Part shown: positions 54,417 to 63,977 of the stretch, piece by piece | Layout: every line of letters begins with the position of its first letter | Numbering within the stretch: position 1 is the stretch's first letter | Source: Longimicrobiales bacterium | Lineage (GTDB): Bacteria; Gemmatimonadota; Gemmatimonadetes; Longimicrobiales; Gaopeijiaceae | Direction of reading: 5' to 3' | Length of the DNA: 64,000 nucleotides | NCBI GenBank assembly: GCA_965218295.1 | Contig: CBDCKN010000015.1 | Location: forward strand, 448,001-512,000 | Notes under the pieces: model-generated | Database searches by the model: none | The model's input: only the letters and a program-made list of their open reading frames with translations | Told to the model about the DNA's origin: nothing | Translations under genes and position numbers: made by a program

Positions 54417-55687
54417 GCCGCTGGAAGCAGTGGGTCCGGCCCCCGGAAGGTGCGCTGCCTGGCGGCATCGTGACGAAGGCAGGCGTCGTGTTGATCGCCG
54501 TGCTCGTCGGTGGACTCCTCTTCTCGTGGGCGATGACGGGTCCCCAGGAAGCCGACACTCTCGTAGCCCTGCCCGAGGCGCAGGCGGTCGACGACGGAAT
54601 GGGGAGGTCGCTCCAAGACCGCATTCGGCAAGAGGCCGAGCGGCAGACTCTGGAGGCCGCCGCCCGGGCGCGCGTCGAGCTCGAGCTCCGGCAAGCCGCG
54701 GCCGCCGAAGAGATGGCCCGGCTCCAGACCGAGTCGGAGGCGCCGAACACCGCAGCCTTGATCCCAGGCGTGAGCGCGGCCGAGTCGGAGCTTAGGGAGG
54801 CGCTTCGGCTGGAGGAGCTGGAGCGAAGAACCCGCTCGCTCCGCTCCGTGCCGGTCGCCCACACGTCCAGGACTCCGGACGCCGCGACCCGGCCGTCCGA
54901 ACCCGACGGTCGAAGCGCCGGCGGTGCGGCCGACGCAGATGTGGCGGTCCTCGAGAACACGGTCCAAGCGGCTCTCGCCTCCTTCGAGCAGTCGCTCGGG
55001 GCGCTCGAGGGCGAGCTGGAAGCGGAGTTGGCGGCCGGGCAGCTTCTCTCCGGCTCCTCCGGAGCTGCCGCACCGCCGAGCTCTCCTCGCACGCCCGGCA
55101 CGGTTCGGCCGGTCTCTAGCGTCGCGTCCGCCGACCTGCCGGGTTGGGAGCGGATCTACGAGGGCTCGTTCCTCGAGGCGGTGCTTCTCACGCAGCTCTC
55201 GGGCGACTTCCCCGGACCGGTGCTCGCCACGGTCTCGGTGCCGTTCTATTCGACCGATCGCCAGCGGGTCCTGATCCCGCGCGGCGCACGCGTCGTCGGA
55301 ACAGCCCGGGCCGTCCAGGACCCGGACCAGAGCCGGCTCGCCGTCGCCTTCCACCGGCTGCTGCTGCCCGACGGCAGCTGGATCGACCTCGAGTTCACCG
55401 GCCTGAACCAGGCGGGCGAGGGCGCGCTTCGGGACCAGGTCGACCGCCACTACTTCAGCACGTTCGCGGCAGCCGGAGCCGTCGGTGTCGTAAGCGGACT
55501 CGCCTTGGCCGGCGGTTCGCCGTTCGGCCTGAGGGCGGGCGTCGGCCAGGGACTCGGCCAGAGCGCGACCTCGGTTCTCGACCGGTTCCTGAACCGGCTA
55601 CCCACGATCACGATCCGCGCCGGCCATCGCCTGCGCATCTGGTTCACCTCCGATGTCCTGGTCCCCAGGCCCCGGACACGGCACTGA
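54413..55687 (+). CDS. TrbI/VirB10-like protein
   Basis: TM plus coiled coil, LIPRGARVVG, QSRL, DQVDRHY, PTITIRAG. Confidence 0.88.
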   Translation: MSRWKQWVRPPEGALPGGIVTKAGVVLIAVLVGGLLFSWAMTGPQEADTLVALPEAQAVDDGMGRSLQDRIRQEAERQTLEAAARARVELELRQAAAAEEMARLQTESEAPNTAALIPGVSAAESELREALRLEELERRTRSLRSVPVAHTSRTPDAATRPSEPDGRSAGGAADADVAVLENTVQAALASFEQSLGALEGELEAELAAGQLLSGSSGAAAPPSSPRTPGTVRPVSSVASADLPGWERIYEGSFLEAVLLTQLSGDFPGPVLATVSVPFYSTDRQRVLIPRGARVVGTARAVQDPDQSRLAVAFHRLLLPDGSWIDLEFTGLNQAGEGALRDQVDRHYFSTFAAAGAVGVVSGLALAGGSPFGLRAGVGQGLGQSATSVLDRFLNRLPTITIRAGHRLRIWFTSDVLVPRPRTRH

Positions 55688-55704
55688 AACGAAAGGAGAC
55701 TCTC

Positions 55705-56613
55705 ATGCAGATCCGAACCCTTACCACCGTCCTCCTGGTCTCGGTCCTGATGCTCGCGACCGCAAGTCCGGCCAACGCCCTCTTCGACATCGGCGGCGTG
55801 ATCCAGCGTGCCCAGATGATCGTGAACCAGGCGACCCAGATCGCGAACCAGATCCGCCAGATGCGGACCATGACCCGCCAACTCACCGAGCTCGAGGAGC
55901 AGCTCGACTACATGAAAGAGGCCGCGCGGGGCGAGGTGGACGCGCTGATCGAACCGTTCGCCGAGCTGTCGGCCGGATCCGTCGGCCTCGTCGGCGACGG
56001 CCTCGACTGGGGTTCCGAGTTCACCGGAGCGGCCGGCGAGCTGGTCGACGCGGTCCGTGACATGGGGAGCGGAAGCTCGTTCACCGATGTCTGGCGGAGC
56101 GCCCAAGGTGTGGCCGACCAGGTGAGCGAGGCGGACATCCTGGGGCTGTTCCGTAACCACCCGGCCGAGGTGTCGTCGCACGCGGTGGACGACTACCGCC
56201 AGGCCCGTGAGGCCGCCGACCGCCAGCGCGTGCTCGACTACGCGATGATGGACGCCGCGGCCTCGCTCGCCTCGACCGTCGAGAGCGCGCAGAGCTCGTT
56301 CGACGAGCTGACCGCGAACGGCAATCTGTCCAACACGGCACTCCAGCAGGCGCAGGTCGCGGCCGCCCTGACCCAAGGCCGGATCAACGCCGCCGTGGCG
56401 CAGGTGCTCGCCTATCAGGCGGTCGAGCAGGCGAACCGGATGCAGCAGGCCGAGATCGACCGGCTCGAGCGCCTCGCCGAGTGGAGGGACGCGCGCCTCC
56501 GTACGAACGCGATGGCGGATGCGATGCGCACGGCCGCGTTCCAGAACCGCGACCGGCTCCGGGAAGGGCTCCTCTTCAAGATCCCGTCGTTCTACATGGG
56601 CGGCCAGGCATAG
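55705..56613 (+). CDS. TrbJ/VirB5-like exported protein
   Basis: AAAGGAG RBS, signal peptide, NQATQIANQIRQ. Lies upstream of VirB6. Confidence 0.65.
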   Translation: MQIRTLTTVLLVSVLMLATASPANALFDIGGVIQRAQMIVNQATQIANQIRQMRTMTRQLTELEEQLDYMKEAARGEVDALIEPFAELSAGSVGLVGDGLDWGSEFTGAAGELVDAVRDMGSGSSFTDVWRSAQGVADQVSEADILGLFRNHPAEVSSHAVDDYRQAREAADRQRVLDYAMMDAAASLASTVESAQSSFDELTANGNLSNTALQQAQVAAALTQGRINAAVAQVLAYQAVEQANRMQQAEIDRLERLAEWRDARLRTNAMADAMRTAAFQNRDRLREGLLFKIPSFYMGGQA

Positions 56614-56631
56614 GCCCCGGGAGCGACTGTC

Positions 56632-57642
56632 ATGCAACTTCCTCCCCCCCAGTCGATCGATCCGAACGTCCCGGCCCAGATCCCGGCGGATCAGCTCCAG
56701 GACTTCAAGGGGTTCCTGGACGTCGTGCTCGATACGGTGGTCGGCGGCGCGGCGCCCGACGTGCTGACGCTCGGCCACCAGCTGTGGGGCGGTCTGGCGG
56801 CGATCGTCGTCGCGTGGAGCGGCCTCAAGATCGCGTTCAGCGGAACCTTCGAGCCCTGGTCCCTCGTGCGTGTCGTGCTCGCGGTCGCGATCCCCCGGAC
56901 GCTCCTCCACTACTACAGCGTCCCGATCCCGGGCGTGGGCTTCACGTTTCCGGCCATGGTGGCGGCCGGAGGGATCTGGCTCCAGAACCTGTTCATCTCC
57001 GATGTCGTGTCGGTTGGCTACACGGAGATGACCGCGCTGGTCCAGGCGTTCGCCGCACGGCTCGGCGCCGCATGGTCCGGCGGGAGCCTGATGACCGTCG
57101 TGACCGAGGGCGTGAGCGTGTTCTTCTCCTCCCTCGTCGCGCTGATGATGGGCGTGCCGCTCGTGCTCGGCCTCGTCGCGCTCTTCTGCCTGACCTACGC
57201 GCAGGTGATCTGGGCGCAGGTGGCGCTCGCGATCGTGATCCTCTTGGGCCCGGTGTTCATCCCCTGGCTGCTGTTCGAGCCGCTCGCGTTCCTATTCTGG
57301 GGATGGTTCCGCACGCTCATGGTCTACACGCTCTACGGCGTCGTGGCCGGAGCCATCCTCCGTGTGTTCATGGGCGTCGGCATGGGCTACGTCACCACCT
57401 ATACCGGCGCCTTGATGGGCACCGGCTCCTCCGACCCGGCCGAGTTAGGGCTGTGGGTCGTCGTCCTCCTCCCGCTCGTCGTCTCCGGCCTGATGGCCGG
57501 CATGAAGGTGGGCGAGCTCGCCGCGATGCTCGTCTCCGGTTCCGGATCCGTCGGGTCAGGCATGATGGCGCTCGTGGTCCACGGAGGTGGGCGCCTCAGC
57601 GCTGCTGCGAACCCGGCCCGCCCCCCAGTCCCCGGAGGCTGA
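56632..57642 (+). CDS. TrbL/VirB6-like polytopic membrane protein
   Basis: Multiple TM segments, LGPVFIPWLLF..LFWGW. Confidence 0.8.
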   Translation: MQLPPPQSIDPNVPAQIPADQLQDFKGFLDVVLDTVVGGAAPDVLTLGHQLWGGLAAIVVAWSGLKIAFSGTFEPWSLVRVVLAVAIPRTLLHYYSVPIPGVGFTFPAMVAAGGIWLQNLFISDVVSVGYTEMTALVQAFAARLGAAWSGGSLMTVVTEGVSVFFSSLVALMMGVPLVLGLVALFCLTYAQVIWAQVALAIVILLGPVFIPWLLFEPLAFLFWGWFRTLMVYTLYGVVAGAILRVFMGVGMGYVTTYTGALMGTGSSDPAELGLWVVVLLPLVVSGLMAGMKVGELAAMLVSGSGSVGSGMMALVVHGGGRLSAAANPARPPVPGG

Positions 57643-57653
57643 AGGAGACGTCC

Positions 57654-58322
57654 ATGAACCGAGAACGCGATGCCGGCCGCGAGTACGCGGAGATCTGGGG
57701 CGAGACCGTGCAAGCGAACCGAAAGCTCCGGACTCTTGCAATCGTCCTAGCAGGGGGATGCCTCGCGCTCGCCGTCCTGCTCCTTCGCATCGCGACCGTC
57801 GAGCCGCCCCGCCCGATCGTGGTCCGGGTCGACGAGGTCGGCCGCGCCGAGGCCGTGGCCTACGAGGCCGCAACGGCCCAGGCGGATCCGCTCGATCCCA
57901 CGACCAAGTACTTCCTCAACCGGTTCATCTCCGACTTCTACTCACGGCGGCGGGCGACGGTCGAGGAGCACTGGACGCGGAGCCTCCGCTTCCTCTCGAC
58001 CGAGCTGGCGAACGCCGCGTTCACGAGGGACGGCGCCGAGGTCGCCGCCATGGCGGCCGGCACCGCCGACACCGAGTTCCAGGTCGAGCAGGTCGTGCTC
58101 CGCATCCACCCCGCACCGGAGGCTCCGCACGGCGCGACCGCCGACTTCGATCTGGTCCACCTCAGGCAGGGGCAGGAGACGCTGAGGGAGCGGTGGTCGA
58201 TCACGCTCCGGTTCACCTTCCTCACCGTCATCCCCTCCGAGCTCGTCGTCTACAACCCGATGGGCATCCTTCTCACCTACCTGCAGGCCGACCGTGCCCT
58301 GGTCACGGAAGCCCCGCGATGA
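57654..58322 (+). CDS. VirB8/TrbF-like protein
   Basis: Single TM, PIVVRVDEVG, C-terminal NPMGI. Confidence 0.85.
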   Translation: MNRERDAGREYAEIWGETVQANRKLRTLAIVLAGGCLALAVLLLRIATVEPPRPIVVRVDEVGRAEAVAYEAATAQADPLDPTTKYFLNRFISDFYSRRRATVEEHWTRSLRFLSTELANAAFTRDGAEVAAMAAGTADTEFQVEQVVLRIHPAPEAPHGATADFDLVHLRQGQETLRERWSITLRFTFLTVIPSELVVYNPMGILLTYLQADRALVTEAPR

Positions 58323-59254
58323 TCGCCCACCTCGCCGGGCGAGAGAGGGCGCTCGAGCCGTTCGGTTGGACGGGACGCCAGGCCGAGTGGATCGCGCTGG
58401 CGTGTCTCCACAGCGGCGTGTTCACCCGCGCCCAGCTCTCGGCCTATCTACGGATCGATCGCTGGCAGGCTCTTCGGTTCGTCCGGGCCATGTCGGAGCG
58501 AAGGCTGGCAGCCGACGAGACACTGGAAGGCCGGAAAGTCTGCCGGATCTGCGGGCGCGGGATCTACCGGGCGCTCGGCGCCGAGGACATCCGCCATCGC
58601 CGGACCGCTTCCGATGAAGTGCTCCTGCGGCGCCTGCTCTCGCTCGACTACGTGCTCGAGCACACCGACTTGTCGTGGCTCCCGACCGAGCTGGAGAAGG
58701 TCGGCGCGTTCCAGGCGCTCGGCATCGAGCGCCGGCTCCTGCCCTCGCGGCTCTACCGCGGAGCCGCCGGCAACACGCGGCGTTACTTCCCAGTCAAGCT
58801 GCCGGTCGCGCTCGAAGCCGAGCGCGCCGTGTTCGTCTACGTCGATCCCGGACACGATACCACGACGGCGCTCCGCTCGTGGGCCGTGGCGCATCGCGGC
58901 CTCTGGCACGCGCTCGAAAACCAAGGCCGATCCATCGAGGTCGTGGCCGTCGTCCGCACCGTGAGGGAGCTGCAGCGGGCCCTGACGATCCTCGAGAACT
59001 GGACCAACACATCTACAGCATCCGGCCCCTCCGCCGCTCCGGAACCCGACAGTGCGGCCCGCCGCGAGATCGCCCGAATCGAGCAGGCCATCCGCGCCAA
59101 GGATGAACGGGTGCTCAAAGAGTATGGCGACCTGCAGGCCTGCCTCAAGCGGATCGCCGAGCTGAAGGACCTCCACCGATCCTCGAGTCCCGGAACGATG
59201 ATCCACGGGTTCGCGACATGGCGCTCGAGACGGCTCCCTGGAGGCGGATTTTGA
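58319..59254 (+). CDS. orfX: conserved hypothetical protein, last gene of the T4SS operon
   Basis: ATGA overlap with virB8, 311 aa. A diverged paralog at 14.3-14.7 kb supports coding status. Confidence 0.8.
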   Translation: MIAHLAGRERALEPFGWTGRQAEWIALACLHSGVFTRAQLSAYLRIDRWQALRFVRAMSERRLAADETLEGRKVCRICGRGIYRALGAEDIRHRRTASDEVLLRRLLSLDYVLEHTDLSWLPTELEKVGAFQALGIERRLLPSRLYRGAAGNTRRYFPVKLPVALEAERAVFVYVDPGHDTTTALRSWAVAHRGLWHALENQGRSIEVVAVVRTVRELQRALTILENWTNTSTASGPSAAPEPDSAARREIARIEQAIRAKDERVLKEYGDLQACLKRIAELKDLHRSSSPGTMIHGFATWRSRRLPGGGF

Positions 59255-59527
59255 ACGCGGATCAGCGAGGGCCGGTGCTGATCGGCGCGTGCACATCAGA
59301 CAACGAGGTGCATGTGCACCGAAACGCCATTTTCATGTGCGCGCCAGCGCTTCCTTATGTGGCTGGCTGTCTTACAGTTGCGGCACGGCCGGCGGAGCGG
59401 CGATGCCGCTCCGGAGCTTTCGGCCGTAGATGGGAGCGACCCCCCCTTTGGGGATGCCTCGATCGGCATCGGGGAGGGTTGGCATGTGCACACCCATGCC
59501 ACTCTCCCACGGGGGGTCGCTCCCAGC
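59251..59527. other. Multi-hairpin non-coding element, copy B
   Basis: Directly follows the orfX stop. Homologous to 19043-19314. Confidence 0.85.
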
Positions 59528-59764
59528 CATGGATCCCTACGGACTGCCTCGGGAAGTTCCATAACACACGTGATGTCAGTTACTTACACATTCAGTGACT
59601 TTGCTCGTCCCCCCATTTCATCCACCGTTTTGAATCGGCTGTCGAGAGCCCTTCGTGGACGTGAACGGACTGTAACTGTTCGGCCAAGCCGTGGGGAGCG
59701 TCGTGTTGTCGGATCGTGTGGTGGGGTCTGGTAACGTGATCCGGAATGTAGTATCGTCGAGGGC

Positions 59765-62035
59765 ATGGCGATGCGGGACGGCAACGGACATGCGAACGTG
59801 GCGCTGGCCGAGGGGCTGGAGGAGCTTTGGCCGGTGCCCGGTTCCGTGGAGTCGGAGCTTGGGGACTGGCGGTCGCTGTACGAGCGGGAGCGCGAGCGAG
59901 CGGAGGCGGCGGTGGCCCGCGCGGAGGAGTTGCGGTGGGCGGAGGTGCGGGCGCGCTGCGAAGCGGGATCGTGGAAGTGGCGGTGGGAGGCGTCGCGCCG
60001 GAAGCTGAGGGCGGTGATCGCGGAGACGCGGGAGGCCCGCCGCGCGGCGTGGGACGCCCTGGCGTTGCAGCGCGAGGTGGGGCGTCTGCACGGGCTGCTG
60101 CGGGAGGCCGGGGTGGACGCGGGGAAGCGCGGCACGGAGATGGCGCTTCGGATGGAGGTGGCACGGCTTCGCGAGGAGGGTTGGGCGCTGGAGAAGGCGC
60201 TCGATGCCCGCGCGGCCGAGGTGCAGAACCTTCACAAGGCCCGCATCGAAGCGGACGCGGACATCCTGGCGCTGCGGCGGCAGTTGCGCGAGATGCTCGA
60301 GATCCACGGCGAACTGTCGAAGCTGGGGGACCAGCGGGACCGGGTCGAGTCGCTGTCGGAGGAGGTCGGGGCGCTTCGCTGGGCGCTGAAGGTCTCGGAG
60401 GCGTCGAAGGGCCGCCTGACGGCGCGGCTGCGGCGTGCGGTCGAGGCGGGGCGGGCGCGGTCGCCGTCGGCCGCCGACGCGGAGTTGCGCAAGGCCTTGC
60501 GCAGATCGCGGCGCCAGAGGGCGACGATCGGCTCGCTGACGCGGGAGAAGACCCGGCTCGGCAGGAGGATGCGGGCGTCGCGGCGGCGGATCGAGCGCCT
60601 CGAGGGCCAACTGGCGAAGCTTCGCGCGTCGCGCACGGTGCTGCCGAAGGGGCAGTCCGGCGGCGCGTGCGAGAGGCAGGAGCGACCGCGTTCGGGGCGG
60701 CGGCGGGGCCAGCAGCCCGGCACGCCGGTCCACGGCCGCACCCCGCGCCCGGGGCTTGAGGAACGCACCGAGGAGCACAACCCGCCCGCCGATGCGCGGG
60801 TGTGCCGGGGTTGCGGGAGCCCGTACGCGGCCAACGGCGCCGAGGAGTCGGCCCTCGTCGAGATCGAGGTCCGGGCGCACCGGCGGGTGATCCGCCGCCC
60901 GCGCTGGCGGCGGACGTGCGGGTGCGCGTCGTCGCCCGCCGAAGTGACGGCGCCCCCCGTGCCTCGGCTGTTCGCCCGCACGCCGTACGGGACGAGCGTC
61001 TGGTCGCGCTTCCTGTTCGAGCGCTACGCGTGCCTGCGCCCGCTGCACCGGGTCTGCGGGTGGCTGTCCGACCAGGGTCTGCCGGTCTCGCCGGGCACGC
61101 TGGCGGACAGCGTGCACCGCTTGGCGCCGTTGTTCGAGCCGGTGGGCGCGGCGATCCTCGCGCACCAGAACGGCTCGGCGCTGCGCCATGCCGACGAGAC
61201 CAGCTGGCGGGTGCGGGCGCTGCGCGACAGCGACGGATCGGGGTACGCGTGGCTGTGGATCTCGGTCGGCCGCGGCGCGGCCTACTTCCATGTGGATCCG
61301 TCACGCAGCGCCGAGGCGGCCCGGAAGCTGTTCGACGGGGCGCTGTGCCCGACGGTCCTCGTCTGCGACCGCTACAGCGGCTACAAGAAGCTGGCGCGTC
61401 TCCTCGGGGGCAGGGTCACGCTGTCGTTCTGCTGGGCGCACATGCGCAGGGACTTCATCCGGTGCGCGGCCGGGCACGTCCATCTGACCGGCTGGTGCCG
61501 GGAGTGGCTCGGGCGGATCGCCACGGTCTACCGCCTGCACAAGGCGCGGCTGGAGCTCCACGACCCCGGCCTCGAGCGCCAGAGCCCGGCGTTCGACGCG
61601 GCGCACGACGCGCTGAGCGAGGCGCTCGGCGGCATGTTCGCGGCCTCCGAACGCCAACTCGCCCGCCTGTCGCCAAAGGCGAGGGAGGGAGGGCCGCTGC
61701 GCTCGCTCCTCAACCACCGCGAGGGGCTGAGCGTCTTCCTCGACCGGCCCCGCGTGCCGCTCGACAACAACCTCGCCGAGCGGCTGCTGCGCGGCCCGGC
61801 CATCGGGCGGCGCCTGTCGTTCGGCTCCGACAGCGAGTCCGGCGCCCGGTTCACCGCGCTCATGTACTCGGTGACCGGCACCCTGAGGCTGAACGGCCTC
61901 GACGTGCCGCGCTGGCTCGCCGACTGGTTGGCGGCGTGCGCGCGCGGCGGCGGTCGCCCGCCGGGCGACCTGTCGCCCTGGCTGCCGTGGTCGATGGACG
62001 CCGGACGCAGGCGCGAAATGACGGCGTCCGCATGA
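59765..62035 (+). CDS. IS66 transposase with long N-terminal coiled coil
   Basis: CRGCG..CGC Zn finger, HADETSW, VCDRYSGY, CWAHMRR, DNNLAERLLR. Confidence 0.9.
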   Translation: MAMRDGNGHANVALAEGLEELWPVPGSVESELGDWRSLYERERERAEAAVARAEELRWAEVRARCEAGSWKWRWEASRRKLRAVIAETREARRAAWDALALQREVGRLHGLLREAGVDAGKRGTEMALRMEVARLREEGWALEKALDARAAEVQNLHKARIEADADILALRRQLREMLEIHGELSKLGDQRDRVESLSEEVGALRWALKVSEASKGRLTARLRRAVEAGRARSPSAADAELRKALRRSRRQRATIGSLTREKTRLGRRMRASRRRIERLEGQLAKLRASRTVLPKGQSGGACERQERPRSGRRRGQQPGTPVHGRTPRPGLEERTEEHNPPADARVCRGCGSPYAANGAEESALVEIEVRAHRRVIRRPRWRRTCGCASSPAEVTAPPVPRLFARTPYGTSVWSRFLFERYACLRPLHRVCGWLSDQGLPVSPGTLADSVHRLAPLFEPVGAAILAHQNGSALRHADETSWRVRALRDSDGSGYAWLWISVGRGAAYFHVDPSRSAEAARKLFDGALCPTVLVCDRYSGYKKLARLLGGRVTLSFCWAHMRRDFIRCAAGHVHLTGWCREWLGRIATVYRLHKARLELHDPGLERQSPAFDAAHDALSEALGGMFAASERQLARLSPKAREGGPLRSLLNHREGLSVFLDRPRVPLDNNLAERLLRGPAIGRRLSFGSDSESGARFTALMYSVTGTLRLNGLDVPRWLADWLAACARGGGRPPGDLSPWLPWSMDAGRRREMTASA

Positions 62036-62913
62036 GCGAGCGCATCGAATGCCGCTACCACGGGCGCGACTTCACCGCCGCGGAAATGGCGCTGCTGCGC
62101 CGACTGATCGCCGGACCGCCCGCGCTCAACCGCCACGCCCTGTCGAAGGAGTTCTGCCGGCGCATCGGCTGGTTCAAGCCCGACGGCGGGCTCAAGGACA
62201 TGATGGCGCGCGTCACCATGCTCGCCATGCACAGCGACGGCCTCATCGTCCTGCCGCCCCCGAAGTGGAGGCAGAAACGACCCGGCCCCATCGTCTTCGG
62301 ACAGGACACCGAACCGCCCCTCTTCCCCCCGCCCACGATCCTCGACGAGGTCCGCCCCCTCGAACTCCGCACCGTCGTCGGCGGCACCCGACAGGGCAGG
62401 CTGTGGAACGAGTTCGTCGCGCGCCACCACTATCTCGGCTACAAGACCCTCGTCGGCGCCCAGATGCGCTACGCCGTCCACGACCGCAACGGCTGGCCGC
62501 TCGCCATACTCGGCTTCAGCACCGCCGCCTGGTCCCTCGCTCCACGCGACCGCTTCATCGGATGGACCCCGACCCTGCGAAAGAAGAACCTGCCGCTCGT
62601 CATCGACAACCCCAGGTTCCTCATCCTGCCCTGGATCCGCATCCCCAACCTCGGATCCCACATCCTCGCCCTCGTCCGCCGCCGCCTGCCCCGCGACTGG
62701 ACCCGCCGCTACAACACCACCCCCGTCCTCATCGAGACCTTCGTCGAGGTCCCCCGCTTCACCGGCGGCGTCTACAGGGCCTCCGGTTGGATCCGCGTCG
62801 GTACCACACGGGGACGAGGGCGCTACGACACCGCCAAGCAGTACGGCAAGCCCACCAAGGATGTCTGGCTCCGCCCGCTCGCCAAGCACTGGAAGCGCAT
62901 CCTCAACCGCTGA
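62032..62913 (+). CDS. DUF4338 (DruA-like) protein
   Basis: HHYLGY, RDRFIGW, NPRFLILPW..NLGSHIL, LIETFV, YRASGW..G.T.GRGR. Confidence 0.85.
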   Translation: MSERIECRYHGRDFTAAEMALLRRLIAGPPALNRHALSKEFCRRIGWFKPDGGLKDMMARVTMLAMHSDGLIVLPPPKWRQKRPGPIVFGQDTEPPLFPPPTILDEVRPLELRTVVGGTRQGRLWNEFVARHHYLGYKTLVGAQMRYAVHDRNGWPLAILGFSTAAWSLAPRDRFIGWTPTLRKKNLPLVIDNPRFLILPWIRIPNLGSHILALVRRRLPRDWTRRYNTTPVLIETFVEVPRFTGGVYRASGWIRVGTTRGRGRYDTAKQYGKPTKDVWLRPLAKHWKRILNR

Positions 62914-63428
62914 GCACCCCCACACACACGATCCGACAACACGACGCTCCCCACGGCTTGGCCGAACAGTTACGAACGGATGGCCATCGCCTGCGCCCCC
63001 GTCCTTCCCGCCCCCTCAGCGGCTTTCAGAGCGGCGATCGGAGGTGCCCCGGAGGCGCCAGTCGGCCGCGACCCGGGGGGGTTCGGCCCGTTCCGCGGCC
63101 GCGGCAGGCCGAGAGGAGGCTCTTGGAGACCGTCAGAGCCGACTTCTCGGCGCTGGGTGACCCATAGGACCCCGGGATCCAGCGCGGAGCTCCCCTCGAC
63201 CTTCAGTTTCGGCGGAGCCGAAGATCGGGGATCGACGGCGGCGCAGCCGACCCGCCCGGATCCTCCAGCCACTCGAGGACGTCCGCGTGCATGAGCGACA
63301 CGACCGGCGAGGTATCCGAGCGTGGGCGCACGAGTCTGTTTGGTGCACGGGAGGGAAGCACGTCTAGCCAGTCCCCGACGGGGGATTCCTTGAGGAACCG
63401 GCGCGCAGCCAACTTCCGCCCCCCGTCC

Positions 63429-63977
63429 TCACAGAAACCGCCGAACCCGGCTCCGATACTCCCGGTAAGCGTCGCCGTACTGCTCCTCCAGCCACAGCTC
63501 CTCGGCCAGCGGCGCAACCACGAACACCACCGCTAGGAGAAGGTGCGTGATCCACAGCAATAGCGAGTTCGCGATCACACTCACGCCCACGAAGCAGACG
63601 ATGTCACCCAGGTACTGCGGATTCCGCGTGAACCGGTAGGGGCCGGTGGACACGAACCCGCCCTTCAACCCGCTCGTGTTCTTCCAGCCCACAGTGACCA
63701 CTCCCCACACGGCCAGCAGGCCGCCGAGCACCACCAGGGGTACCCCAATGATGAACCGTAAGGGGCTCTGGAAGACCCAGGAGTTCCAGTACATCAGGAG
63801 GAGAAGAACGTTGATCCCGATCACCGCCCAGAAGCCCGCCCAGGTCAGCAGATGCTGCCAGGAACCACGGCCCGGCGGTGGCCACAATCGCCTATCTGGG
63901 ACGACGACCGACCAGACGGCTCCCGCCAACTGCGCGATTAGGATGACGACGGCGACGCCGAAAAGGATGGTGGACAT
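63429..63977 (-). CDS. PEMT/ICMT-family membrane methyltransferase
   Basis: TGPYRFTRNPQYLG, EE..L..YG..Y..Y...V.RF. Confidence 0.85.
   Translation of the reverse strand: MSTILFGVAVVILIAQLAGAVWSVVVPDRRLWPPPGRGSWQHLLTWAGFWAVIGINVLLLLMYWNSWVFQSPLRFIIGVPLVVLGGLLAVWGVVTVGWKNTSGLKGGFVSTGPYRFTRNPQYLGDIVCFVGVSVIANSLLLWITHLLLAVVFVVAPLAEELWLEEQYGDAYREYRSRVRRFL

Larger units (their letters stand above)
35850..59600. mobile_element. ICE-like element: integrase, defence cargo, AlpA, minimal T4SS, orfX, terminal hairpin element
   Basis: Gene order, plus similar CATAAC...TTAC AT-rich tracts at ~35878 and ~59560. Boundaries are approximate. Confidence 0.65.
59672..62973 (+). mobile_element. IS66-family element with a DUF4338 passenger
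   Basis: 49-bp perfect IR starting GTAACTGTTC. Flanks GAACGGACT and GAACGGAT form an imperfect TSD. Confidence 0.9.

Noticed and set aside
62032..62913. Druantia defence system
   Set aside because: Only a DUF4338 gene inside an IS. No DruE helicase or other dru genes.
59592..62925. Long antisense and alternate-frame ORFs (570, 557, 465 and 703 aa)
   Set aside because: GC-rich shadow ORFs of the IS66 genes. Only the last 293 aa of the 703-aa ORF is real.
62980..63420. GC-rich hairpin-prone intergenic region as an ncRNA
   Set aside because: No second copy or recognisable motif, and pairing is expected at this GC content.
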